Shown: positions 1-10,083 of the stretch, in pieces | How positions within the stretch are numbered: the stretch's first letter is position 1 | Layout of the letters: every line of letters begins with the position of its first letter | Assembly: GCA_963762145.1 (NCBI GenBank) | Contig: CAVXJS010000010.1 | Coordinates: 256,001 to 320,000 of the forward strand | Length of the DNA stretch: 64,000 nt | Origin: an uncultured Candidatus Rokubacteria bacterium | GTDB taxonomy: Bacteria; Methylomirabilota; Methylomirabilia; Rokubacteriales; CSP1-6 | Direction of reading: 5' to 3' | Position numbers and translations under genes: made by a program | Notes under the pieces: generated by a model | What the model saw: the letters and a program-made list of their open reading frames with translations, nothing else | The model's database searches: none | Told to the model about the DNA's origin: nothing

Positions 1-920
1 TCGATGGCCACGATGCGGCCGTCGCGCTGCAGGCCGATCCGCGCCTCGTGGTCCTGGTCCCGGTCTCCGGCGGCGGTGAGGCAGTGCTCGCTGCGGGTCT
101 CGGTCCACTTCACGGGACGTCCGAGGCGACGGGCCACCACGGGCAGCAGGATCTCCTCGGGGTAGACGTGCCCTTTCACCCCGAAGCCGCCGCCCACGTC
201 GGGGACGATCACCCGGATCCGCTCCTCGGGAAGGCCCACCACCGGCGCGATCCCGCTGCGCACCGCGAAGGGCACCTGGGTCGACGTCCACACCGTCAAG
301 CCGCCGCCGATCGGATCGGTCGCGGCCAGCACGCCGCGCGTCTCGAGCGGCATCCCGGCCACGCGAGGGTAGCCCAGCCGCGCGGACACGACCACGTCCG
401 CGGTGGCCAGCGCGCGCTCGACATCGCCCTTGGCCCCCGCGCTGACCGAGACGAGGTTGTCCGGCCACGTGTCGTTGACGCGCGCGGCCCCGGGCGCGGT
501 GGCCGCGCGCGGCGACAGCGCGGCGGGCAGGGGCTCGTAGGCCACCGCGACGCGCTCGGCGCCGTCCGCCGCGACGTAGGGATCGTCCGCGACCACGATC
601 GCGACGATCTCGCCGACGTGGCGCGCCCGCTGCCCGGCCATGATCGGGTGCACGTACGCCCGGCCCTTCGGCTCCGGCACGAGCGGGGGGACGTTCGCGG
701 CGGCCAGCTCCGGCAGGTCGGCGAGCGTCCACACCGCCGCCACGCCGGTCAGCGCGCGGGCGGCGCGCCCGTCGACCGAGACCACGCGGGCGTGGGCGTG
801 CGGGCTGCGGACCAGGGCCACGTGGAGCAGGCCCGGCACGCGCAGGTCGTCGAGGTAGCGGCCCCGGCCGGCGACGAAGCGGCCGTCTTCCTTCCGCTTC
901 GGTGAGGCGCCGACAAGCAC
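1..920 (-). CDS. Xanthine dehydrogenase/CoxL-family molybdopterin-binding subunit, 5' part (runs off the window start)
   Basis: Not in the ORF track. Manual translation from GTG at 920 gives MLVGASPKRKEDGRFVAGRGRYLDDLRVPGLLHVALVRSPHAHAR..., later GGGFGVKG, typical of Mo-hydroxylase large subunits. Confidence 0.88.
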   Translation of the reverse strand, partial: MLVGASPKRKEDGRFVAGRGRYLDDLRVPGLLHVALVRSPHAHARVVSVDGRAARALTGVAAVWTLADLPELAAANVPPLVPEPKGRAYVHPIMAGQRARHVGEIVAIVVADDPYVAADGAERVAVAYEPLPAALSPRAATAPGAARVNDTWPDNLVSVSAGAKGDVERALATADVVVSARLGYPRVAGMPLETRGVLAATDPIGGGLTVWTSTQVPFAVRSGIAPVVGLPEERIRVIVPDVGGGFGVKGHVYPEEILLPVVARRLGRPVKWTETRSEHCLTAAGDRDQDHEARIGLQRDGRIVAI

Positions 921-941
921 GTGGGAGCGGGGACCGGAACG

Positions 942-1445
942 CTAGCCGCGGGAGCCCGCGGCGCGGAGGTGCTCGTCGCGGCGGGACTGCAGATCGCCGT
1001 CGGTGTAGGTCATCAGCTCGGGCTTGGCCTTGCCGAGCATCACCTGCAGGTACGCGGGCTCGAGCCCCACGTTGGTGAAGCCGTGGATGACATTGGCCGG
1101 GCACGAGACGCAGTCCCACGGACCCAGCACCGTCTCCGCGCGGTTGCCCGCGCCGTCCTCGATGAAGACCAGCACCTTGCCCTCGAGGATGAAGAAGACC
1201 TCCTCGACCTCGTGGGTGTGCGGGGCATTGCCCTGGCCGGGCGGGATGAACATCACCGAGAGCGTGAAGTGCTGGGCCGGGATGACCGCGGCGTCGGCCT
1301 TGCCGGAGGCGCCCGAGCCGATGAAGCGATGCTGCGCGCGCTTGAAGCCCTCGACGCGCGCGTCGGCGAAGGCGTCCCAGTCGGCGCGGCGGTCGGTGAA
1401 GCGGGCCACGTGGGTGCGGAGCAGCTCGTCGAGTGCGTGGGCCAT
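942..1445 (-). CDS. Cupin domain protein
   Basis: Cupin metal motifs PHTHEVEEVFFILEG and PANVIHGFTN; SD GGGAGG. Confidence 0.88.
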   Translation of the reverse strand: MAHALDELLRTHVARFTDRRADWDAFADARVEGFKRAQHRFIGSGASGKADAAVIPAQHFTLSVMFIPPGQGNAPHTHEVEEVFFILEGKVLVFIEDGAGNRAETVLGPWDCVSCPANVIHGFTNVGLEPAYLQVMLGKAKPELMTYTDGDLQSRRDEHLRAAGSRG

Positions 1446-1570
1446 GTCGGTGTCCCTCCCGGGGGCTTCAGTCTAGTCGCACCGCATCGGGGCCGCAAGA
1501 CGCGCGCGCCTTGCGTCCGATCGGCCCTTCCGCTACGATCCGCGACGGACCGCTCTCCAAGGAGGCCCGC

Positions 1571-2416
1571 ATGGGCAAGATCGTCTTCGCCGGCGCCATG
1601 TCGCACGTGCTCGATCCCGACTACTACCAGCGTGCCTGTGGCGACGAAGGCCGCCGCAAGACCGTCGAGTGCATGGCCGAGATCGCCCGCATGGGCGAGC
1701 GGCTCACCGCGAGCAGGCCGGACGCCCTGATCGTGGTGGCCGACGACCACCTGAACGCGTTCTCGTTCAACGCGGTGCCCGCGCTCTGCGTGCGCATCGG
1801 CCGCACCGTGCAGCGGATGAAGCAGGACCATGCCGAGGCCTTCGACGCGGTGCTCGAGCACATGCCGGAGGAGTATCCGCTCCACGAGGACCTCGCCAAC
1901 CAGATTCTCGAGCAGGGACTGGACGCCGGCTTCGACCTGGCCATGTCCTGGGAGGCGCCGGTGGACCACGCCTTCCTGAGCCCGGTGAACACCATGCACG
2001 GCACGCGGCCGATCCCGCCGCTGGTGCCGATCTGGGTGAACTCCTTCGTGGCGCCCCAGCCGACGCCGCGGCGCTGCTTCGACTTCGGCCGGCACATCGC
2101 GCGCGTGGTGGCCGCGGGGCCGTGGAAGGTCGGGATCATCGCCACCGGCGGGCTGTCGCACTTCCCGGAGCTCTCGCTGCCCCGGGTGGGCGAGACCGAC
2201 ACCGTGTTCGACCGCAAGCTGATCCACTGGATGGAGGCGGGCGAGCACGAGCCGCTGCGCAACCTCGGGGTGGACGAGCTGCACAAGACGGGCGAGCACG
2301 AGTTCCTGAACTGGATGGTGCTGCTGGGCGCGGTGACGCCGGCGCGCGCCCAGGTGCGCTACTTCGGCGAGCTGCCCCGGATCAACCTGGCCGCCGTCGA
2401 GTGGAGCCTGCCGTGA
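1571..2416 (+). CDS. Class III extradiol ring-cleavage dioxygenase, LigB-like catalytic subunit
   Basis: ATG 1571 after AAGGAGG. LigB motifs AMSH, VADDH, VDHA, TGGLSH, HEFLNW. Confidence 0.88.
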   Translation: MGKIVFAGAMSHVLDPDYYQRACGDEGRRKTVECMAEIARMGERLTASRPDALIVVADDHLNAFSFNAVPALCVRIGRTVQRMKQDHAEAFDAVLEHMPEEYPLHEDLANQILEQGLDAGFDLAMSWEAPVDHAFLSPVNTMHGTRPIPPLVPIWVNSFVAPQPTPRRCFDFGRHIARVVAAGPWKVGIIATGGLSHFPELSLPRVGETDTVFDRKLIHWMEAGEHEPLRNLGVDELHKTGEHEFLNWMVLLGAVTPARAQVRYFGELPRINLAAVEWSLP

Positions 2417-2628
2417 GCCGCTACGCGGTCAACAGCCTGCTCTACCGGCTCAAGAAGGACCAGGACTTCCGGGCGCGCTTCGACGCCGACGCGCCCGCGG
2501 CCCTGGCCGGCCTCGATCTCTCGGACGCCGAGCGGGCCGCCTTCGTGGCGCGCGACCGGCGGAAGATCAACGAGCTCGGCGGCTACCTGCACCTGGTGAT
2601 GTCGGTCCCCGGCCTCGCGGCCCACTGA
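2413..2628 (+). CDS. LigA-like small subunit (71 aa)
   Basis: GTG overlaps the LigB stop (GTGA). MSRYAVNSLLYRLKKDQDFRARFDADAPAALAGLDLSDAERAAFVARD... matches the LigA pattern. Confidence 0.8.
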   Translation: MSRYAVNSLLYRLKKDQDFRARFDADAPAALAGLDLSDAERAAFVARDRRKINELGGYLHLVMSVPGLAAH

Positions 2629-2636
2629 GGAGCCCC

Positions 2637-3485
2637 ATGAAGCTCGTACGCTACGGGCGCGCCGGCGCCGAGAAGCCGGGGCTGATCGACGCGGAGGGAC
2701 ACCTTCGCGATCTCTCGCGGATCGTCCGGGACATCACGCCGGAGACGCTCACGCCCGCCGGCCTGAAGCGCCTGCGCGCCGCGCCGCCCGGTCGCCTCCC
2801 GCTGGTCCGAGGCAAGCCCCGGCTCGGCTGCCCGCTGGCCGGCATCGGCAAGATCGTCTGCATCGGCCTCAACTACACCGATCACGCCGAAGAGGTGAAG
2901 ATGGCGCTGCCGAAGGAGCCCACCATCTTCATCAAGGCCAACAGCGCGATCAGCGGGCCGGCCGATCCGATCGCGCGGCCGCGCGGCGCGGTCAAGCTCG
3001 ACTACGAGGTCGAGCTGGTGGCGGTGATCGGCCGCGTCGCGCTCAACGTCGAGGAGGCGGGCGCGCTGCGCCACGTGGCCGCCTACTGCCTGATGAACGA
3101 CGTCTCCGAGCGCGAGTTCCAGATGGAGCACGGGGGCGGGACCACCAAGGGCAAGAGCTGCGACACCTTCGCGCCCATCGGGCCCTGGCTGGTCACCGCG
3201 GACGAGATCCCGGACCCGCAGGCGCTCGGGCTGTGGACCACCGTGAACGGCGAGCGGCGCCAGCACGGCAACACCCGGGACATGGTCTTCCCGGTCGGCC
3301 AGCTCGTGTCCTACCTGAGCCGCTTCATGTCGCTCCAGCCGGGCGACCTGCTCTCGACCGGCACCCCCGCCGGGGTCGGCCACGGGGCCCGGCCGCCGCG
3401 CTATCTGGACGACGGCGACGTGGTGGCCATGGGGATCGACGGCCTCGGCAGCCAGCAGCACCGGGTGGCCGCCCGCCGGTCGTGA
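2637..3485 (+). CDS. Fumarylacetoacetate hydrolase family protein
   Basis: Motifs KIVCIGLNY, LDYEVEL, NDVSER, KGKSCDTFAP, STGTPAGVG. Confidence 0.93.
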   Translation: MKLVRYGRAGAEKPGLIDAEGHLRDLSRIVRDITPETLTPAGLKRLRAAPPGRLPLVRGKPRLGCPLAGIGKIVCIGLNYTDHAEEVKMALPKEPTIFIKANSAISGPADPIARPRGAVKLDYEVELVAVIGRVALNVEEAGALRHVAAYCLMNDVSEREFQMEHGGGTTKGKSCDTFAPIGPWLVTADEIPDPQALGLWTTVNGERRQHGNTRDMVFPVGQLVSYLSRFMSLQPGDLLSTGTPAGVGHGARPPRYLDDGDVVAMGIDGLGSQQHRVAARRS

Positions 3486-4843
3486 TCCTCATCGAGCACG
3501 GCACCATCATCACGGTGGATGCCGGGCGGCGGATCCTCACCGACGGATCCGTGCTGATCGACGGGGCCGAGATCGTCCAGGTGGGGCCCGCGCGCGAGGT
3601 GCGTCCGCCGCGGGTGCCGGACCGGGTGATCGATGCGCGGCGCATGGTGGTCACGCCGGGCTTCGTGGACACCCACGTGCATCTCTCCGAGCATCTCAAC
3701 CGCGGCCTGCTCCTCGACGACATCCCGGTGGACCGGTACCTGCCCGACTGGCTGATCCCGCTCTACTCGGTCATGACCGCGGAGGACGAGGAGCACGCCG
3801 CGCTCCTGGCCGGCATCGAGATGATCCGCACCGGCACCACCACCTTCTGCGAGGCGGGCACGCTCTTCGAGCCGGCCGCGGTGGCGGGCGCGATGGAGCG
3901 CCTCGGCATGCGGGCGATCCTCGGGCGCTGGACCTGGGATCTCGAGTCGGGGCCCGAGCGCATGCGCCAGACCACCCGGGAGGCCCTGCGCGCGAACGAG
4001 GGGATGCTCGAGGAGGTGAACGGCCGGGGACGCGGGCTCGTGTCCGCGTGGCCGCTGCTGCTGGGCTTCGGCACCTGCTCGGAGGAGCTGATCCGCGGAG
4101 CCAAGGCGCTGGCCGATCGCCACGGGGTCGGATGGGGGATGATGCACCTGGCCTCGCATCCCGCGCGGAAGACGCGCGACCGCCTTCCGCTCCGCACCCT
4201 GGACGACTGGGGCGTGCTCGCGCCGAACGCGAAGCTCTCCCACATGGTGTACCTCGACGAGGCCGATATCGTGTTGCTCGCGCGGCGCGGGGTGAAGGTC
4301 AGCCACTGTCCCACCGCCGGGCTCAAGCACACCAAGGGGCTGGCCGCGCACGCGCGCGTGCCCGAGATGCTGGCGGGGGGCGTGTGCGTCTCGCTCGGCG
4401 GCGACAGCGGCAACGGATCGAATCACTTCGACATGCTGCGCATGATGTACCTCGTCGCCAACATCTACAAGGACGCGCGGCTCGACGTCACCGTGATGCC
4501 GCCCGAGACGGTGCTGGAGATGGCGACGATCCAGGGTGCTGCGTCGCTGCTGATGGAGCGCCGGATCGGCTCGATCGAGGTGGGCAAGCGGGCCGACCTC
4601 GTCTGCTACGACCGCGACCAGCCGGAGTGGCGGCCGCTCCTGAACCCGCTCAACAACCTGGTCTACGCCGCGACCGGATCGAGCGTGCGGAGCGTGCTGA
4701 TCGACGGCCGCCTCGTGCTCGACGAGGGCCGCATCACCACGGTGGACGAGCGCGCGATCTACGAGCGGGTGGAGGTGCTGGCGCGCGAGCAGGTGCGGCG
4801 CGCCGGGCTCACCGTCGAGAGCAAGTGGCCGACTACAGGATGA
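3482..4843 (+). CDS. Metal-dependent amidohydrolase (MTA/SAH deaminase, AtzA-like group)
   Basis: GTG at 3482 overlaps the FAH stop. PGFVDTHVH, EMIRTGTTT, SHCP, GSIEVGKRADL. Confidence 0.9.
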   Translation: MILIEHGTIITVDAGRRILTDGSVLIDGAEIVQVGPAREVRPPRVPDRVIDARRMVVTPGFVDTHVHLSEHLNRGLLLDDIPVDRYLPDWLIPLYSVMTAEDEEHAALLAGIEMIRTGTTTFCEAGTLFEPAAVAGAMERLGMRAILGRWTWDLESGPERMRQTTREALRANEGMLEEVNGRGRGLVSAWPLLLGFGTCSEELIRGAKALADRHGVGWGMMHLASHPARKTRDRLPLRTLDDWGVLAPNAKLSHMVYLDEADIVLLARRGVKVSHCPTAGLKHTKGLAAHARVPEMLAGGVCVSLGGDSGNGSNHFDMLRMMYLVANIYKDARLDVTVMPPETVLEMATIQGAASLLMERRIGSIEVGKRADLVCYDRDQPEWRPLLNPLNNLVYAATGSSVRSVLIDGRLVLDEGRITTVDERAIYERVEVLAREQVRRAGLTVESKWPTTG

Positions 4844-5594
4844 AGCCCTTGAACCCCTTGCGCGCCAGGGCGTCGCGGGCCGACTCGGCCTGCTCGCGCG
4901 AGGCGTAGCCGCCGACCCGCACCACGTAGGGCACCGCGGACGACTCGACGCGCCGGACGTCGGCGTGGTAGCCGTCGCGCTTCACGCGCTCGGCGAGCTG
5001 GCCCGCCTGCTTGGCGTTCTTGAAGGCCGCGATCTGGATCGTGAACGTCCGCCGGGAGGGGCTCGCGGGCGGCGCGGTGACCGCCGGCGGGGCCGGCTTC
5101 GTCTCCTTCACGACCGCGGGCGGCGGCGCCTTCGTGTCCTTCGCGCTCTCCTTCGCGACCGGCGCCTTTGGAGGCATGGCCGGCGACGCCGTGGCGGGCG
5201 GCGTCGCGACCGCCGCGACCGCCGGCGGTCCCGTCTCGACGACGGCGGCGCCCGAAGGCTTCGCGGTCACGGTGGAGATGATCGCTTCCGGGGTCCCCTC
5301 GCGCTTGGCCTGTGAAGGAGGCGGCGGGCCGATGTCGTACCAGCCGAGCCATTGCGGGATCGCGAAGACCAGCACGAAGGTGACCGCGGCGGCCGCGATC
5401 CCGATCCACATGCCGCGGAACGGCGAGTCGGACGGCTCCTCCATCTCGTCGTCCTCGTCCTCGAGCCACGCGGGCTCCTCGAGGGCGGGGAATTTCATCT
5501 GCGCGTCGTGCTCGTGGGGGCTCCGGCCCTCGAGCGGCAGCTCGCGCTCGTCGTGATCGTCGTGTTCCCGTCGCGTCTCGTGATCGGTCAGCAT
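4833..5594 (-). CDS. SPOR domain membrane protein
   Basis: Single TM segment, Pro/Ala-rich linker, C-terminal FTIQIAAFKN...YVVRVGGYASREQAE SPOR motif. Confidence 0.88.
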   Translation of the reverse strand: MLTDHETRREHDDHDERELPLEGRSPHEHDAQMKFPALEEPAWLEDEDDEMEEPSDSPFRGMWIGIAAAAVTFVLVFAIPQWLGWYDIGPPPPSQAKREGTPEAIISTVTAKPSGAAVVETGPPAVAAVATPPATASPAMPPKAPVAKESAKDTKAPPPAVVKETKPAPPAVTAPPASPSRRTFTIQIAAFKNAKQAGQLAERVKRDGYHADVRRVESSAVPYVVRVGGYASREQAESARDALARKGFKGFIL

Positions 5595-5677
5595 AGTCCC
5601 GGTTTAGCATGGCCCCCGCCACCCTCCGGCAAGAATAAAGACTGTCCCGAGTGACGCTGCGCGGCAGTGAATAATCT

Positions 5678-5712
5678 CCCTCGCCCCGGAGGGGAGAGGG
5701 CAGGGTGAGGGG
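5678..5712. repeat. REP-like palindromic repeat (CCCTCACCC-nn-CCCTCTCCC...GGGAGAGGG family), copy 1
   Basis: ccctcgccccggaggggagagggcagggtgagggg; the same unit occurs at 7.2, 12.3 and 40.7 kb. Confidence 0.8.
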
Positions 5713-5796
5713 GTCGGGGCGCGCCTTGACTCGGCGCATCGCCCGACGTAGCGTTCAGCCGTTCCCGACCGACCCCTCACCACGAAGGAGATCGCG

Positions 5797-6633
5797 ATGC
5801 GCCTCAAGGATCGAGTGGCCCTGGTGACCGGCGCCGGCTCCGGTATCGGCCGGGCCATCGCGCTGCGCTTCGCCCAGGAAGGGGCGCGGGTGATCGTCAA
5901 CGACATCACGCAGGAGACGGCCCAGGAGACGGCGGACGCGATCGCGTCGGGCAGCGAGGCGGCGCGGGGGCGCGCCCTCGCCGCCGACGTGGCCGACTCG
6001 GGGCAGGTGCGGCGGATGTTCGCGGAGGTGGAACGCGAGTTCGGCGCGCTCGACATCCTCGTCAACAACGCGGGGATCGCGGAAGCGGCGCCCGGCGACC
6101 GGGAGAAGATCCGCGCGCGGTCGGAGGCGCGCATGAGCGAGCTCATGGGGGGCGGGCCGGTGACCACGCACTGGGACCTGACCCAGGAGATGTCCGACGA
6201 GGCGTGGCGCCGGATGATGGGCGTGCACCTCGACGGGACCTTCTTCTGCACGCGCGAGGCCCTGCGCCTGATGGCTCGCAAGAACCGCGGCGCGATCATC
6301 AACATGTCGAGCGTGGCCGCGCTCATGGGCCTCGAGGCCGCGGTGCACTACAGCGCGGCCAAGGGAGGCATCCTGGCCTTCACCCGCGCGGTCGCGCGCG
6401 AGGTGGCCTCCCGCGGGATCCGGGTCAACGCGATCTGCCCGGGCTACATCGACACGCCCATGACCAGGCCCATGTCGCCGGTGTCGCAGCGGCTGATCAT
6501 CGCCCGCACCCCCCTCGGCCGCTGGGGCGAGCCCGAGGAGATCGCCGCCACCGCCGCCTTCCTGGCCTCCGACGACGCCTCCTACTTCACGGGCCAGTGG
6601 CTCTCCCCCAACGGCGGCCTCTTCATCGGCTAG
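5797..6633 (+). CDS. SDR family oxidoreductase (FabG-like)
   Basis: TGAGSGIG, NNAG, YSAAK; SD AAGGAG. Confidence 0.93.
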   Translation: MRLKDRVALVTGAGSGIGRAIALRFAQEGARVIVNDITQETAQETADAIASGSEAARGRALAADVADSGQVRRMFAEVEREFGALDILVNNAGIAEAAPGDREKIRARSEARMSELMGGGPVTTHWDLTQEMSDEAWRRMMGVHLDGTFFCTREALRLMARKNRGAIINMSSVAALMGLEAAVHYSAAKGGILAFTRAVAREVASRGIRVNAICPGYIDTPMTRPMSPVSQRLIIARTPLGRWGEPEEIAATAAFLASDDASYFTGQWLSPNGGLFIG

Positions 6634-6639
6634 CAGATA

Positions 6640-6723
6640 GGGGTCAGGTCTTGAATTACGACATTTCAGCGCGCGGTGTATCTCTGACCGCGATGAAAAT
6701 GTCGTAATTCAAGACCTGACCCC
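6640..6723. repeat. 27-bp perfect inverted repeat (MITE/REP-like hairpin) between convergent genes
   Basis: ggggtcaggtcttgaattacgacattt (6640-6666) and its exact reverse complement (6697-6723). Confidence 0.85.
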
Positions 6724-6739
6724 AGACTAAGCGCCCGGC

Positions 6740-7198
6740 CTAGCGCGCGACGCGTTGGATGGCGGAGCGCGCGAGGGCGTCGGCGCGCTCGTTGAGCGGG
6801 TCGCCGCTGTGGCCGGCGACCTTGTGCCAGGTGACGTCGTGCTGGTCGACGGCCAGCGCGATCAGCGGCTCCCAGAGGTCGCGGTTGTCCACCGGCTTCT
6901 TGCTGGAACTGATCCAGCCGTTCTTCCGCCAGCGCTCGTACCACTTGTCGCGGAAGCAGTTGATCACGTACGCGCTGTCGCTGTAGATGGCGACGCGCCG
7001 GCGGCCCGGGAGCGAGCGGAGGCCCTCGAGCGGGGCGGTCAGCTCCATGCGCTGGTTGGTGGTGGGGTTCTCACCCCCCGAGAGCTCGAGCTCCCGGCCG
7101 TCCTCCATGAGGATGGCGCCCCAGCCGCCGGGGCCGGGATTGCCCGAGCAGGCGCCGTCCGTGTACATGACGATCGGGGGTTGCGGCATCAGACCCAC
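6740..7198 (-). CDS. rnhA: Ribonuclease HI
   Basis: YTDGACSGNPGPGGWG, TTNQRMEL, SDSAY, GHSGDPLNERAD. Start may be ATG at 7189. Confidence 0.95.
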   Translation of the reverse strand: MGLMPQPPIVMYTDGACSGNPGPGGWGAILMEDGRELELSGGENPTTNQRMELTAPLEGLRSLPGRRRVAIYSDSAYVINCFRDKWYERWRKNGWISSSKKPVDNRDLWEPLIALAVDQHDVTWHKVAGHSGDPLNERADALARSAIQRVAR

Positions 7199-7280
7199 CC
7201 CTCACCCTGGCCCTCTCCCCTGGGGGGAGAGGGGAACGTCAAACCCTCGCCCCGGCAGGGGGAGAGGGAAGGGTGAGGGG
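7198..7280. repeat. Inverted doublet of the REP-like repeat
   Basis: cccctcaccctggccctctcccctggggggagagggg (7198-7234) followed by an inverted copy (7244-7280). Confidence 0.8.
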
Positions 7281-7310
7281 GATTCCCAAGAAGAGGGGGA
7301 TTGGGACTTT

Positions 7311-8018
7311 CTATGAGGGCCAGTAGATGTAGCGGCCGCAGGACTCGCAGGGGATCAGCGAGGCCTGCGCGCGGAGCTCCTGCAGGCGCTGGGGCGTGAT
7401 CTGCATGCGGCAGGCCCCGCAGAAGTTCGGCTTCGCGACCGGCGCGAGCGCCAAGCCGCCGCGGGCGCGCAGGATGCGGTCGTAGTCGGCCAGGATGGGG
7501 CCCGGCAGCTGGCCGGCCAGCTCCTTGCGCTCCGTCCGCACCCCGACCAGCTCGGACTCGACCGCGCGGAGCTGCTCCTTGGCGGTGGCCTCCTGGCTGC
7601 GGCCCTCGGCCTCGCTCTGCTTGAAGCGCGCCTCCGCCTCGCGGATGTCGCCCGTCAGCCGCTCCTGGGCCTCCATGAGGACCAGGATCTCCTCCTCCAT
7701 CTTGGCCTTCTCCTGCTTGATGTCCTCGATCTCGATCAGGACCGCGGAGTATTCCTTGTTGGTCTTGACCTCGTAGAGGCGGGCTTCGTTCTTGCTGCGC
7801 TTGCCCTGGACGACCTCGAGGTCCTTTTCCTTCGCGCGCTGGTCCTTGCGGGCGGCGTCGAGCCGGGCCTTGGCCTGCTCGACGTGCTTCTTGGCGTCCT
7901 CGACCGCGGCGTGGATGGCGGCGATCTCCCGAGGGAGCCGCGCGGCGTCCGCCTCGAGGGCGGCGATGCGCGAGTCGATCGCCTGCAGACTGATCAGTGT
8001 CTGGAGCTTCTGGTCCAA
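7311..8018 (-). CDS. Coiled-coil protein with C-terminal C4 zinc ribbon (DUF164/CdsZ-like)
   Basis: Long coiled coil, KTNKEY motif, CGAC...CESCGRYIY; TTG start. Confidence 0.9.
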   Translation of the reverse strand: MDQKLQTLISLQAIDSRIAALEADAARLPREIAAIHAAVEDAKKHVEQAKARLDAARKDQRAKEKDLEVVQGKRSKNEARLYEVKTNKEYSAVLIEIEDIKQEKAKMEEEILVLMEAQERLTGDIREAEARFKQSEAEGRSQEATAKEQLRAVESELVGVRTERKELAGQLPGPILADYDRILRARGGLALAPVAKPNFCGACRMQITPQRLQELRAQASLIPCESCGRYIYWPS

Positions 8019-8064
8019 TGACCCCCCTCTGGCATTTCTTGCGTTCCGATCCCTTCAAGCATTT

Positions 8065-8100
8065 CTTGTATTCGCTCGGCTCGCCTTCGGCTCACCTCGC
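8065..8100 (-). repeat. About 36-nt element in the tRNA 3' trailer (copy 1; copy 2 at 16744-16780)
   Basis: cttgtattcgctcggctcgccttcggctcacctcgc versus cttgtatccgctcggctcgccttcggctgcgcctcgc. Confidence 0.7.
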
Positions 8101-8136
8101 CCTGCTGCCCTGCTACTGCCCCTGTCTAACGGGTTT

Positions 8137-8212
8137 TGGTGGGCCCACTTGGACTCGAACCAAGACCGGACCGGTTATGAGCCGGGGGCTCTGCCAATTG
8201 AGCTATGGGCCC
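8137..8212 (-). tRNA. tRNA with CAT anticodon, most likely tRNA-Ile2 (lysidine)
   Basis: GGGCCCATAGCTCAATTGGCAGAGC...CTCATAA...GGTTCGAGTCC...ACCA. Paired G1-C72 (not initiator), C4:G69 and C5:G68, located after rpoD like E. coli ileX. Confidence 0.9.
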
Positions 8213-8241
8213 GGCGGTCATCATACCACCGCGTCCGGGGC

Positions 8242-10059
<1,818 letters not shown>

Positions 10060-10083
10060 GCCTCGCCGTTCTCCTGGTGGGGT

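Noticed and set aside
8137-8212. tRNA as an integration site, or as initiator tRNA-fMet
   Set aside because: No duplicated 3' end or integrase; G1-C72 is paired, unlike initiator tRNA.
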